Positions 12,166 through 24,944 of a DNA stretch of 62,000 nt are shown here, piece after piece. The stretch is from NCBI GenBank assembly GCA_013239625.1, contig MU053823.1, positions 333,698-395,697 of the forward strand. Direction: 5' to 3'. The notes under the pieces were generated by a model. It did not search any database and was not told where the DNA came from. It was given only the letters and a program-made list of their open reading frames with translations. Every line of letters begins with the position of its first letter. Position 1 is the first letter of the stretch. A program made the position numbers and the translations under genes. Source of the DNA: Lama guanicoe (Eukaryota).

Positions 12166-14370
12166 GTATGTTCTATCCTGGAAAATATTTTGTATGCACT
12201 AGAGAAGAATATGTATTTTGCTGTTGCGGGCTGTTTAAGTATTCCACAGGTGCCTGTCAGATGGAGTGTTGTTCTAGCCTTCTGATTTCTCATTGATTTT
12301 CCTTGTGGCTGTGCTATCCATTGAAAGTGGGGTATTAAATTCTACAGCTATTATTGCTGAATTGTGTATTTCTTCCCTCAATTTTGTCCATTTTTTGCTT
12401 CTTGGTTTTTGGACCTGTGCAAATGTTTATAATTGTTATTTCTTATTCATAGATTGACCTGCCATTATGTCCATTTCTTGTCTCTAGTAACAACTTTTGT
12501 CTTAAAGTCTGCATTGTTTATTAGTATAGTTACTCTAGCTCTCTTTTGGTTACTGTTAAATGGAACATCTTTTTCTGCCCTTTTACTTCAAACCTACTTG
12601 CAACTTTGAATCAAAAATGACAACATATCATTGGATTATGTTTTTCCTCTTATATATCCATGTACCAACCTTGGCCATTTGATAATTTAATCTACTTACA
12701 TTTAATGTATTAAAGGATAAATTAAGATTTGTCTGCCCTCTGTTCACTATGTCTTCTTGTTCCTCAATTCCTCCATTACTGCATTCTATTTTTGTTAAAC
12801 AGAAGTATCTAGTGTACTACTTAAATTTCCTTGTTTCTTTACTATATATTTAAAATTGTTTTTAGTGGTTGCTCTGTGGATTACCATTAACACTTTAATT
12901 GATAGCAGTCTAACTTGGATTAAGATAAATTTAATTTCAATCATTTACAAAAACTGCTCTTACACAGCCCTTCTCCCTTCTTTTATGCTGTATAGTCTCA
13001 GTTGACCTGGCTTCAATTTGTTGATTCCTATTCCAACTCAAAGCTCCTTCAGTGCTTGTTTCATTGTAGATACTGTGTTTTTCAATTTCAGAGTTGCTGT
13101 TTGATTCCTTTTAATAGTTTTATCTCTTCATTGATATTCTCTATTTGATGAGATGCTATTCTCAAACTTTAGTTCTTTACGCAAACTTTTCTTTTTAGTT
13201 CACTGAATACAAATAGCCAATTTACTGTCCTAATATTTTGTTGGGACACAACAAATGATAGACTGCAGCAGCTCTGGCAGTCAGATTCTCTCCTCTTCTC
13301 AGTGTGCTGTTATTGCTGCTTGTTCTAATTGTTGATGGTTTAGTGACTCTTTTGTACTAATTCTGTAAAGTCTATGTTTTTTGTATGCAGCCAACTAAGT
13401 CCTTACACAGTTTGCTTAGTGGTCAACTAATAACTGGAGAGAGACTTCCTTAAATGCCTAAATCCAATAAGTCTCTGAAGTCTTTGCCGAGGAGTCCTGT
13501 GGTTATGTTGGAATACATCTTCAAATTTAGCCAGGCAGTTTGCAACTCTATCTTAGCTTTCACTTTCTGCTTGTGTAGATTCTCAAGGTCAGTCAGAGGT
13601 GAGAGCTTAGGGCCTCCTAGATCCCAGAAATATGTTGGAGCTTTCAAAGCCCTAATGGTCAATTCATTCAGCTTTTCCCATGTAAGATTTTTTGTTAATC
13701 TGTTCTTTGCCCCAGCTGTGATCAAGGCTTGCTTTTAAGATTTGTTAAGTGTGACTGAATGGCTTTTAGTCTACGGTGGTATCACCCCCACCCCTCCCAA
13801 GGCAATATGCTTCTCAGTTCTCTGCTTTTTTGTTGTGATATATTTGGGTTTTCCACTCTGGCTGGTGGGAGTACACACTATTCCAGTCCTTCTGTGAACC
13901 CCGGGGACTGTTCCTACTAATTTCTGGCGGTTCTTTTGCTGCCCTTGGGTGGTTTCTTCACGTGCATGTGCCGATCAGACTCATCTAAAAACTCAGCAAG
14001 ACCCTCTGCAGATCTCTGTGTTCTTTCTCTGTGTAGATGTTTCTTCTCTGTTATTCTGCTCTGAGAATTCCAGCTGGGCTGGCCCTTGAACTCTCAACTC
14101 CATTTCTTCAACTCAGCGAGACCACTAGGCTCCTGTTAGCCTCCCCTGCACTGTGACTGGAGATCCACAGGTAGTAAGCGGGAGCAACCTCAGGGCTCAC
14201 CTTAATCATTTTCCATCTCTAAGGGATCTCTGCCATGGGCTAAATGATGTCCATTATTTGAAAACCATTGTATATATATCCTGTTTTTCAGTCGTTTCAG
14301 ATGGCATGGTAAATTCAATCTCTGTTACTCTATCTTGGCCAGAAGCAGAAGTCTCCTGCCACTATTACTG
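12166..14370 (-). mobile_element. old L1 fragments, antisense (ORF2 5' part, ORF1, 5'UTR)
   Basis: T-rich; atcctggaaaatattttgtatgcactagagaagaatatgtattttgctgttg is an antisense L1 endonuclease-region phrase; 5'UTR-like sequence at ~13260-13740. Confidence 0.75.
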
Positions 14371-14389
14371 CAGTAGTTTCCCTATTTCT

Positions 14390-14778
14390 ACCAGCCCAGA
14401 GTCTATTACCAACAATGTAGCTAAAATGATCCTTTAAAAATGTAAGTTAGATCATACTGTTTCTCTGCTCAAAACCGTCCCAATGCTTCTCAATTTCTCT
14501 CAAAGTAAAACAACATCTCTACAATTAACTTAAGGCCTGGTTTAACCTGGCCCTTCATGACCTCGCTTTTAGTATTGCTCTCCGTGCTCCATCCACATTG
14601 GCTTCATTGCTGTTCCTCAAACATTCCAGGCACACTTCCAGCTTAATAATATTTACTATTTCCCCTACTGTACTATAAACCAAATGATGGAAAGGATTTA
14701 TTTTTTCTGATTTAACCCAGCCACCTAAAGCAGTGCATGTCACATAGTGGACCCCTTAAATATTTGTTGAATGGAAGG
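14390..14778 (+). mobile_element. L2 3' part
   Basis: tgatcctttaaaaatgtaagttagatcat...ctctgctcaaaacc...ttgctgttcctcaaaca...aaatatttgttgaatg. Confidence 0.8.
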
Positions 14779-15176
14779 CTGAGCCCAATCATAGAATATT
14801 CTAGGGTGTTAGGAAGGTTACAAAACAGGCACTCAGCCATAGAAGACAAAACAGAAACCCAATTATCAAAAATGGAGTATAATCACAGTCTTGCCAGTAA
14901 CAAAGATCATTTGATGCCAAATGTTATTGTTGGATGAGAGATGTTTCATGTGTTTTACCAAGGACCAGAATTTAACCTAGAGATTGGACTGAGATGGGGA
15001 TACAGTGACGCAAACTGTGGAAGCAGGACCTGATATTAAGCTCAGCCTGAAATACCTCAAAAACATGACTTCAAACGGCAAAAATGTCTAATAGCAGAAC
15101 TTCAGGAGGAGCTTGGATGTGGACTTGGAAATTATTATCCTTACTAGGATTGTCTGAAGACTTGCTATATACCATC

Positions 15177-15306
15177 TTTTTTTTTTTTTTTTGGCGGGTG
15201 GGGAGGGGTAATTGAGTTTATTTATTTATTTAGAGGTACTGGGGATTGAACCCAGGACCTCAGCATGCTAAGCATGCAGCTCTACCACTTGAGCTACACT
15301 TCTCCC
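15177..15306 (-). mobile_element. tRNA-derived SINE (Vic-1-like)
   Basis: poly(T) followed by gaggtactggggattgaacccaggacctcagcatgctaagcatgcagctctaccacttgagcta. Confidence 0.9.
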
Positions 15307-16439
15307 ACCAATCATTTTTAAAAACAGATTTGTCAAGATTTTTAATACTGATAAAGATGTGGTGAAATGGGACCTTATAAACTAATTGTGGAACTGTGTT
15401 ACAAATGTTTTAATTTTAAAAACTGTGGTAAATTATACATAAAATTTAGCCTTTTAACTATTTTGTACAATTCAGTGGCATTAAGGACATTCACACTGCT
15501 GTTCAACCATCACCACCATCCATCTTCAGAACTGTTTCAATCCTGTCCTTCTTAAATGGAAAAAAAAAAAAAAGTGCAGCAATCATTTTTCCTCAAGGTA
15601 TTTCTCTACCTACCTATTCATTGTTAACTTAAAAAGAATACTTCTCCCTTCAATTTCCTGAAGAGATTATACAGTATAAGTAAAAGCAGGAGAAAGCACA
15701 AATGAATCCCAGAGGACCTTCTGGTTCCTGTGTGTACACTGAGCCACATCTTGTGTTCTGTCTTTGAAGTAGAAAGGTTTACAGCTCTCTTTATGAAAAA
15801 CCTATGTCCTAGACTCAGCCCTTTCATTAACGTCAGATCTCATTTTTCTCTCAAATATCTCTTACGAGGAAGACTTGGCAGTTCCCCCATCCTTGTAGTC
15901 AGTTCTCCTGACCTCGAGGAGGGTGGAGCTCCATGCAGCGGGCCACCTCACTTTGAGGCCCTCAGCAGTTTGTGGGCTGAGATCTCTGCTGAAGACAGAG
16001 CAGCATGTAGGTAGGACCCATAGAAGTTCTAAAAACTGTGTTTTTGCAATTCAGTGTAGTAATTCTCTTGGTGTTTTCATTTAGGCCAGAGAATTATAAA
16101 AGGTACAGGGTTATTTACTGCTTGTCATCCTTTGAGTAGCCATAAATTGGCAAGTGCAATTTCTCACAACTCACATTCTAGCCGCATGGAGAAACTCATG
16201 GCCTCCTTGATTTTGGGACCCGGCTCCTATAGACTGTCTCATTCCCATTCCTCTGCTCTCTAGCTCCCTGTCTTCATCCCTCATCTTTCTCATAAATTTG
16301 TCTCTGTTGCTTCTCTTTTCTGACCTGGGCTTTGTGTGCACACAGCACATTTTAGTTCTTTTAGTTCTATATGTTACCACTGGAAAGCTTATCCTCCCTT
16401 CCAGGTTTTACTACATCCTACACATAACTGACACATTTA

Positions 16440-16625
16440 GTACAGAAGGTGAGAGCTAGAAGGCACATCAGAATGAACCCAGTCTAATTCCTTTTCCTGA
16501 TGAGGAAACTGAAGCTTCTCAAAATTAAGTGACTTATCCTAAGGGTTACTCAATGAGTCAATGGCTGAGGCAGAATCGAGTACTACTTCCTGTCTCTCAG
16601 TCCAGTGCTCTTTCCATTACACAAT
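16440..16625 (-). mobile_element. MIR
   Basis: gatgaggaaactgaagc...aagtgacttatcctaagggttac...tccagtgctctttccattacac. Confidence 0.75.
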
Positions 16626-16894
16626 CCTACTGCCCCAAATCGTGCCACACACTGGACCTCTATGCCTGTAAAGCTGAAGCTGTAAGCTCTGCCCAGAATG
16701 TTACCCCACCATCAGACAAAGGCGGCACAATTCTGCCACAGGGTCCATGTATTATAAATAATTTATAGCATGAAATATATTTATACATGATATAATATGA
16801 TTTATAGTAAAAGACATATGTGTAAATATTTAGATGATATTAAGTGTATTTAATAAGTATTTATTTACTTATAAACATATTTCTAATATAAGGA

Positions 16895-17440
16895 TACTTA
16901 CATAACTACCACAAGTTTAGTGTTTCTAAACAACACACATTTACTCTCTCACAGTTTTCATGGGTCAGGAGTCTGGGTACAGGTCTGCTCAGCATTGTCA
17001 GCAAGCTGGAGTTTCAGGCTCCTTTTCCAGGTTCACGAGTTGTTGGTAAAACTCAGCTCCTTGTGATTGTAGGACTGAAGGCTTTGACTCTCAGGTCACT
17101 CACTGTTCACCATATGGTCCTCTCTTCTTTCCAGATGGCAGTTTGTTTCAAGGCCACCAAGAGTGTTTCTGCTCCTGGAAATCCCATTTCTCCTCTCTGT
17201 CCTCTAGAGCTTCATTTAACCAGTCCACCTGATTAAGCTGAGCCCACCAAGGACAATCTCCCTTTTAACTTAAATCCAACTGATTAGAGCCCTTAACTAT
17301 AATTGCAAAATCCCCTACCCTTTGTCATATAACATAAGCTAACCATGAAAATGATGTCCTAGCATACTCAAAAGTCCCATTTAAGGAGAGGCAACTAGAT
17401 AGAGGATGTACACCAGGGGACAGGAACCTCGGGGGCTCAA
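16895..17440 (-). mobile_element. MLT1E/F-like MaLR LTR
   Basis: taccacaagtttagtgtttctaaacaacacacattta...ctcacagttttcatgggtcaggagtc...aactgattagagcccttaactataattgcaaaatccc. Confidence 0.75.
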
Positions 17441-17811
17441 AGGAAGATCATTCTTCTCACTTCCTGAGTACCCGGAGCTATTCCAATTAACTTCCCTTTA
17501 CCAGACCATCATAAAATAGGCCAAAATGCTTAAAATCCTCATTCGGAGAACAATGACCAAGGAGTCAACCAAAGGTAGCTTAATATTTGCTACTATGTGA
17601 CCATTGGAAGGTCACTTAAATCCTGTCTTGGATTTAATCTTTCAAATATTGTCTCCAATGAAGCAAGATAATATTCTCTTTATTAATATTCTCCATTTTC
17701 ATTCCATTGTCTCTTCTGTGTCTTTTTAGGGAAGAAGACTGCCCCTCTCCCTTTTATTCTTGTGGGAAACTCTGTTACAAGGGGCTGATCTGATCTAGAT
17801 CACCAAAACTC

Positions 17812-18085
17812 ATTAGCCATCCTAAAGGGGTGTGAGGTGATAACTCACTGCAGTTTTGTTTCACACGCCTTTAATGATTTAACATCTTTCCATGTGCTTA
17901 TTGGCCAATTATGCACGTTCTTTAAAGAAATGTCTACTCAAGTCCTTTGCCCATTTTTGGATCAGGTTGTTTTTGTTGTTAAGTTTTGGAAGTCCTCTAT
18001 TCTGGATATTAATCCCTAATCAGATTTAGGTTTGCAAATATCTTCACCCATTCTATGGGTTCCCTTTTCGCTGCTGGTATTACAC
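17812..18085 (-). mobile_element. L1 ORF2 3' fragment
   Basis: tagccatcctaaaggggtgtgaggtg...catctttccatgtgcttattggcca...tttgcaaatatcttcacccattct. Confidence 0.8.
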
Positions 18086-19829
18086 AAATTTGTTTTTAAC
18101 TGTCCCCAGGAGAGAAATTCTAGGAGAGCCATTTATTTAATATCAGTTATGTTCCAAATGCTACTAGGATTACTTTTAAATCAAAGAAAAACCTATCATT
18201 GATCATTCTTGCAGATAAAAAAAAAATTGGTGCACAGAGAAGTTAACTTGCCCACAATCACAGAACTAGCATGTGGCAAGGCTGAAATTCAGACTCAGTT
18301 CCGACTTGACTTTACTCACTATACATGACAATACTTGTCCAATGATTAGACTATGGTTATTAGAGACTATTGGACAAATGATAGGCTTGATTGCTCTTAT
18401 TGATTTATTTCATTGCAAATTCCTTGAACTTGGAAAATAGATCTGCTCTGGACATAATGCATTTACACTATCCAGTCAGGTCTGTCCAGTGTAGACTAGG
18501 CCTAGTTTGAGGCTCTTTGGCAGAGATCCCTTACATAAAGTGGTCTGGAATTATGTTAATTCATCTACTTAGACATAAATTGAATTTATAAAATGTTTAA
18601 CCTGTGCCAACAAACATGTATGAAATATTTGTGCCAGCAAACATTAAATATTTCTTACTAATATGTTGGCATGTGTTTTCACTCATATGATTTTTCCTAC
18701 AGATTTAGGGATGGAGTGGAATATATACTGAAATAAAATTAGAGATTAAAAAAATTGTTTTGGAAATATTGAATTAGTTGGCAGCCTTTTTTTCTGCTTT
18801 TACTATAATCCCATACCCTAATTACGCCAAATAATGGATTTTGAATATGTTCCCTGTGTGTTTAAATACTCAATTGATCTTATTCAACTGGTAAAAATGA
18901 CTTCACTATTCCTGTTAGTACTTTATAGTCCCTGGATGTTACACAGACTTGACAATTCCTTCTCCCTAGGACAACCTTATCATGGTCTAGCTAGCCTCCA
19001 TGAGATCTAGTGCCACTCAGGCCAATCCAAGACGTCACCTGGTTTGTGGAATCAAACTATTACTTTTTTTTTTAATCAACTCTTTTTTTTTTAACCATCC
19101 TTTGATATTTAATCACGTGACTAAATTGTGGGATATGACCATGTAAAGCTTCTCTGTAGTTTTCCTAGGTACTACTTATTTTTTCTTACATATTTTTCCT
19201 CCAGAAGGTTAGGTCTTCTAGCAATGCTCAATTTGTGTTCAAGTAATTTTCAATTGGTTATTCTAAGAAAAATCCGTCAAAGTTTAATCTCTTGTCCTTG
19301 GTCTCTTTTCTTGTATTAGAATTCTTTGGCTGCATGTAACAAAAGCAAATTTAAACAAGGGGGAGAGATTTATTGGAAGAATACTGGGGCATTTCATGTA
19401 ACTAAGCCATACTATGGTAGAAGCAAGTAACAGAATTTTATGTAGCTGTTTTAAAAAATCAAGGTAGTAGTATACCTACTTGTATGGCAAAATATTCAGT
19501 AATATATTGTAAAGTTATGCAACACTGGGTTAAGAAAAAAAGACATGCTTATAAATGAACTCAGAAATTCTGGGAGGATATACAAGAAAATAACAGTGAT
19601 TCCCTCTAGGAAGTAAGGTCAGGAGGAGGGGGAGAGGTGTTGGACTTTGCTTTACAGTTTATTCTCTTCTAGAGAACTATTTGTCTAACATGAACACTGT
19701 GGCAGTGACAATTTGACCTCTCCTAAAACTCGTTGTGGAAGACGTAGTTGGCTTGCCAGCCTCTAGGTGACACTCTTTTGGATCCACCAAAGCCACTTTC
19801 TTGCTGGTTTACTCCTAGACAAGGACTAC

Positions 19830-20560
19830 ACACAGCAGGGGTACTAGGGCTCAGGTACATAACATGGAACCACTGATTTGGTTAAGTGGATTTTTTCCTT
19901 CCTATCTCCACTAGAAAAGACTAAAAATAGTTTGCATCCAATGGAATGAACAATATTCAGTTGGTTTTGTTCCAGGGATTTGTTCATCGTTACACTTTTG
20001 ACGATACAATCTAAATACAGGCCATCCGGACATTCCAAAGAACATGACATAAATGGATTATGTCAATGACTTCAACTTATTGGACAAAGGAGCAAAAGGA
20101 AGCTTAGCATTCCAGAGGCCTTATTGAGACATGTTTATTTCCCAGAGGGTGGTATCAAATATTTGGGGATCTGCCATTCTTATAAAGTTTTAGGAGACTA
20201 GTACTAAGGGGCATCTGGAACACCCCCTACAAAGTAAAACACAGCTTGCTACGTTTGCATGACCTGCTACATGGAAGTGAGCACAATACCTGGTGGATCT
20301 CTAGATTGTGGAGGCAACACATTTTGCCTGGAAACACTATCCCAGCCTATATATTGGATGGAATGAAAGGCAACTAAGTTTGAGAAGCCAAGAAAGGGCT
20401 CCACAGAAGATTCAGGATGTGATACAAGTAGCCCTGCAAGTTGTGCCAGATAATCTGGCAGATCTTATGATACTGTAAGTGCCACTGGAGGGTAAAGATG
20501 CAATGCAGTGTTTACATCAGAGGCTCGTGGAACTGTGGAGAAGCTGCTCCCCAAACACGT
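19830..20560 (+). mobile_element. ERVL-class pol (reverse transcriptase) fossil
   Basis: Colinear by eye with ERVL pol: tatgtcaatgac (YVND, decayed YIDD) at 20059-20070, ccagagggtgg, gattgtggaggcaacacatt (GFWRQHI-like), gcagatcttatgatactg; heavily disrupted. Confidence 0.75.
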
Positions 20561-20651
20561 GGGAAGAGGTCTGTCTGTGCAGCGTGTATGAGGTGGAATG
20601 TGGGTGCCACAGGTGTGCCACTCAGATCTCTTCAAGAAAACCTGATGCAAA

Positions 20652-21782
20652 AAAACAAAGCTGGAGGCACTGCACCACACTTCCTGATTTCAAACTGTAT
20701 TACAAAGCTATAGTAATCAATAGTATGGTGCTGGCATAACAACAGACACATAAACCAGTGGAACAGAATAGAAAGCCTAAATATAAACCCGCACATGTAT
20801 GGTCAATTAATTTGTAATGGAGGGGCCAAAAATACACAATGGGAAAAGGACAGTCTCTTCAACAAATGTCGCTGGGAAAACTAGACAGCCTACATGCAAG
20901 AAGACTGAAATTGAACCCCTACCTTAAACTATACACAAAAATCAACTCAAAAGGGATTAAAGAGTTGAACATAAGAGCTAAAAACATAAAACTCCTAGAA
21001 GAAAAACATAGGCAGTAAGCTCCCTACCACTGGTCTTGGCAATGACATTTTGGATTTGCCACCACAAAAGCAAGAACAAACAGGTGGGATTACATCAAAC
21101 TAAAAAGCATCTGCCCAGCAAATGAAACCATCAACAAAATGAAAAGACAATGTACTGAACAGAAGAAAATATTTACAAAATCATGTATCTGACAAGGGGT
21201 TTTATCAAAAAAATAAAGAACTTTTTTGTTCTTTGTACACAACTCAATAGCAAATGAAACTCAATATAAAAAATGATCAGAGGAACTGATAAGGCATTTT
21301 CCTAAAAACAACATATAAATGGCCAACAGATACACGAAAAGGTGTTCAATGTCACTTATCAGGAAGATGCAAATCAAAACTACACTGAGATATCATCTCA
21401 CACTTGTTAGAATGGCTATCATCAAAACAAAGACAGATAAATGCCAGGATGTGGAGAAAAGAGAAGCTTTGCACATGTTGGTGGGAAAATGGGTAATTAA
21501 GTGGTCAAAAGATGAGTAAGTTCTGTGGATGTAATGCACAACGTGCTGATTACATTTAACAGAACTGTACTGTATATCTGAAATTTGCTGAGAGTAGATC
21601 TTAAAAGTTCTTATTACAAGAAAAAAAATACCATGTGAGGTGATGGAAGGTAACTAAACTTGTAGTAATCTTGTAATATACATATACATCAAATCATGTT
21701 ATACATGTATCACTATACACGTTATGTTATACACTAATATGACATTGTATGTCAATTATATCTCAATAAAGCTGGGGAAAAA
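20652..21782 (+). mobile_element. 5'-truncated L1 (ORF2 C-terminal part + 3'UTR, internal deletion)
   Basis: Encodes PDFKLYYKAIV and MQIKTTLRYHLT..RMAII; ends tatctcaataaagctgggg + A-tail; 18-bp TSD aagaaaacctg(a/g)tgcaaa at 20634-20651 and 21783-21800. Confidence 0.92.
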
Positions 21783-22414
21783 AAGAAAACCTGGTGCAAA
21801 CAGCGTGTAGCTCTAACAATAAACTTTTAAAATTACAATAAACAAGTGGGGAAGATTATGCAAAACCATCCACATCTCTTGACCCTACAAAACTTTCAGA
21901 AACATAGATTTCAATGGCTTAATCCATGATGTCTCTCAAAATTATACCATGTACATTTTAGATGTCATGCGATAGCTAAGTACTCCTGTTGCTTCTATAA
22001 GCCTGCTTCACGAAGCTCTCACCTTTAAAGGATTCTTCCTGTGTAATTAGTAGCTGAGTATAGGACTAAAAAAATTAAACCCACCAGGGCCATCTGTTTG
22101 TAGTACCTAAGTCCTTATCTACTGAGCTTTCAAGTCTTAAGAACTCTGAAAGATTCAGTGCCTTAACACTTTTTGGTCATACAAATTCCACCTTCCTGTT
22201 CAGGTATGTCAAGTTAGGCTAACTTTAATGGGAATATCAACTCTTTCATCTTCTGTAACTACCAAAGCACCATTCTTGGTTCATTGCACAGAATTTCAAT
22301 ACATCTGCTTTCCTACCATAGCAAGTAACTTCAAACTCTACTGCCATCAAAGCCTCAATTTAGTGAAGTAAAATTCACAGATCATTGACTAAGGTATATA
22401 TTAAAACCACTGCA

Positions 22415-22567
22415 GTAAGGATCAGCCTGTTACGTACAATTTATGAGCCAAGAATGGTTTTTACATTTTTAAAGGGTTACTTTTTTAAAAAGAGGCCATA
22501 TGTGAGTGGCAAGGCCTAAAATACTTACAATTTGTCCTTTGACAGGGTAAGTCTGTCAATCCCTCTG
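22415..22567. mobile_element. MER58-like fragment
   Basis: aagaatggtttttacatttttaaagggtt...aaggcctaaaatacttacaatttgtcctttgacag. Confidence 0.65.
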
Positions 22568-24817
22568 ATGGTTGTTCCTCCTCTATCTAAGCAGGGTACA
22601 GAATCTGATTGTGTGCATCTGCATTTTTAATCCTTGTTTTAATCTTATTTTTTCCTCTATTTTGGCTTCATCCCAATCTTCTTTGTTTTGATACACTTAA
22701 GTCTTCTCAAACCATTTTTGGCAAAAGTCATATTATCCTAAATTATTCCTAATAGTACATGGTATACATATCCCTCAGTTAATTCTCTTGGTTTAGGAGT
22801 GAGAAAAGAGTATTTTTGTTATGAACTGACAGGGAAAAAAAACCTGGGAAAAAAATGAGATAAAACGTTTTTTTTAATTTATATATATAATATACATAAG
22901 GAATTCTAATTTATATATATATATAATGAAAGGTGGAATAAGGAGTAATCAGTCTCTATTAGGAGAAATCACAATCACACCTACACACAATGATCCTACC
23001 ACAAGATAATGTGAAAGAAACTTAAACAAGAAAACTGAAAGATAATAAAGAAAATCTTACAGACTTCAATTCCAAGATGAAAAGATTCAGTAGGGCTTGC
23101 ATAAGATATCAATAACCAAAATTTACAGAATTAAAGGGCAGTATTTATTAAATACTCAACTATGTGCTAAGCATTATACATGTATTATAGTTTAGCTAAT
23201 CCTTACACATTAACCTAGTAAAATAAATACAATTATTTCCAATTTTTTTTAAAAAACACTCCCTTACGGCTTGCAGAGGGTTACTTGTCTAAAGGTCACG
23301 TAAACGGTAAGTAATGAAATCAGAATTTTAATCAGTATCTGCTTACAAAGCCCATTCTTTGCCAAAAGTCCTAGGGCTGCCTCTGTATACACATATATGT
23401 AGAAGATCCCCTACAGTTCAAGTAAACTAGGTCTCCAGTCACAAGACTTAAGTGTCGTGAGCAATGCTACGACAAGTGTGTGCCAGAGTCTTATCAGAGT
23501 GAGAAAGAAAAAGTCTGCTTTTCTTCAGAGACTTAAAAAAAAAAAGGCAACAATTATTTAGCATGGACAGATAAACTGAGGTGAAAAGGGCAAGAGAAAA
23601 TCCATGTAACACAGATTTTAGTGCCTATCTTTGTGCCAAAAGGAGTACTCATATCAGAATGCATTACAGAGATCAGCCTGTCAAGAAAATAGGGGTTTCA
23701 AAAGAGAAAATGACACATGTGGAGCTCGACATCAAGCTTAGCTCTATGGACTGAAGTCAATTCCTATAAAACCGAGTGGGCAGAAACAGCTGCCAAAAGA
23801 ACAGATCATACTCCACGCTATTTCACTTCCAGTTCTGGTGGTTTTATTTCGGAAAACACAGGAAATCAAACAGGCTGGAGCTACTGCGTCCATGTTCTGT
23901 GCATTTCTATCCTCCATTTGAAAAAAACATACAGTCGAATCGATCTTCATCCACTCTGTGAGTTCAAAAGAACCTAGGGGGGAAAAACACACACAAATCA
24001 CTTACATCACATATTTAAACAGTCTTCATAATTAGGATGAAGGAAGAAAGAAAATTAACTAACAACAATAAAAAATTACAAACTGTCTAGGTTACCAAAA
24101 AAAAAAAGTCACAGCCAGGGTTTTTTGGAATTACCACACTTAGTATCTTGGTGATTTCAGCTGACAAAGGGTATTCCAAGGTATACTCCAATTCTGACTT
24201 GGAAGACATTTAATGTTATCATTAAGAAGTAAAAGCTTTAACTTAGGACATGTTTAAAAGAGCAACCTTATTTCCCAAATTTACTTGACTCTTCTTCAGG
24301 AGAAGTTCTCCTGATTTCCTGGATTTGTTCTCTCTAGTAGGTGAAGAATCACCAGTTGAATCTATATGGCTATTATATTACCTACTTCATCAAGATGTTG
24401 CTAACACAATAACCATCACTTCTGTCTTTATCCCTGGAGTTCTGTGACTTACTTCAGCTAGCCATCCAAGTAAGCCTATTTTGCTAGTGACTGACAAACT
24501 GTACTACAGAGATAATTTATATTAAAACAATATATACCCAATTTTAGACACTGAAGTTCACAATGATTAAAAAAATACAATCATATAAAACATGTGTCAG
24601 TAATTACTCCTTAAAAATCCTAAAATATGGGCAATTGTTTTTAGTCAAAAAAAATAGTACCAAGAGGAAAAAAAGAACATTTCTTCTACAACACCACATA
24701 AAATTATTGTAGCAAAATGCCTGAACAAATAAAATTAAACTTAAATTCTCTTACTCTAGTGCTCTAGACTACATTTTCAATAAATTATATGATGAGCAAT
24801 AAGTTTTGGTTCAGATT

Positions 24818-24944
24818 TTTTTTAACAATTTTTATTGATTTATAATCATTTTACAATGTTGTGTCAAATTCCAGTGTAGAGCACAATTTTTCAGTTATAC
24901 ATGAACATATATATATTCATTGTCGCATTTTTTTCTCTGTGAGT
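24818..24944 (-). mobile_element. very short, young L1 3' end
   Basis: tttattgatttataatcattttacaatgttgtgtcaaattccagtgtagagcac; perfect 16-bp TSD agttttggttcagatt at 24802-24817 and 24945-24960. Confidence 0.88.

Noticed and set aside
20479..21519. ORFs with L1 ORF2 peptides as an active retrotransposon
   Set aside because: The copy is 5'-truncated, internally deleted and interrupted by stops.
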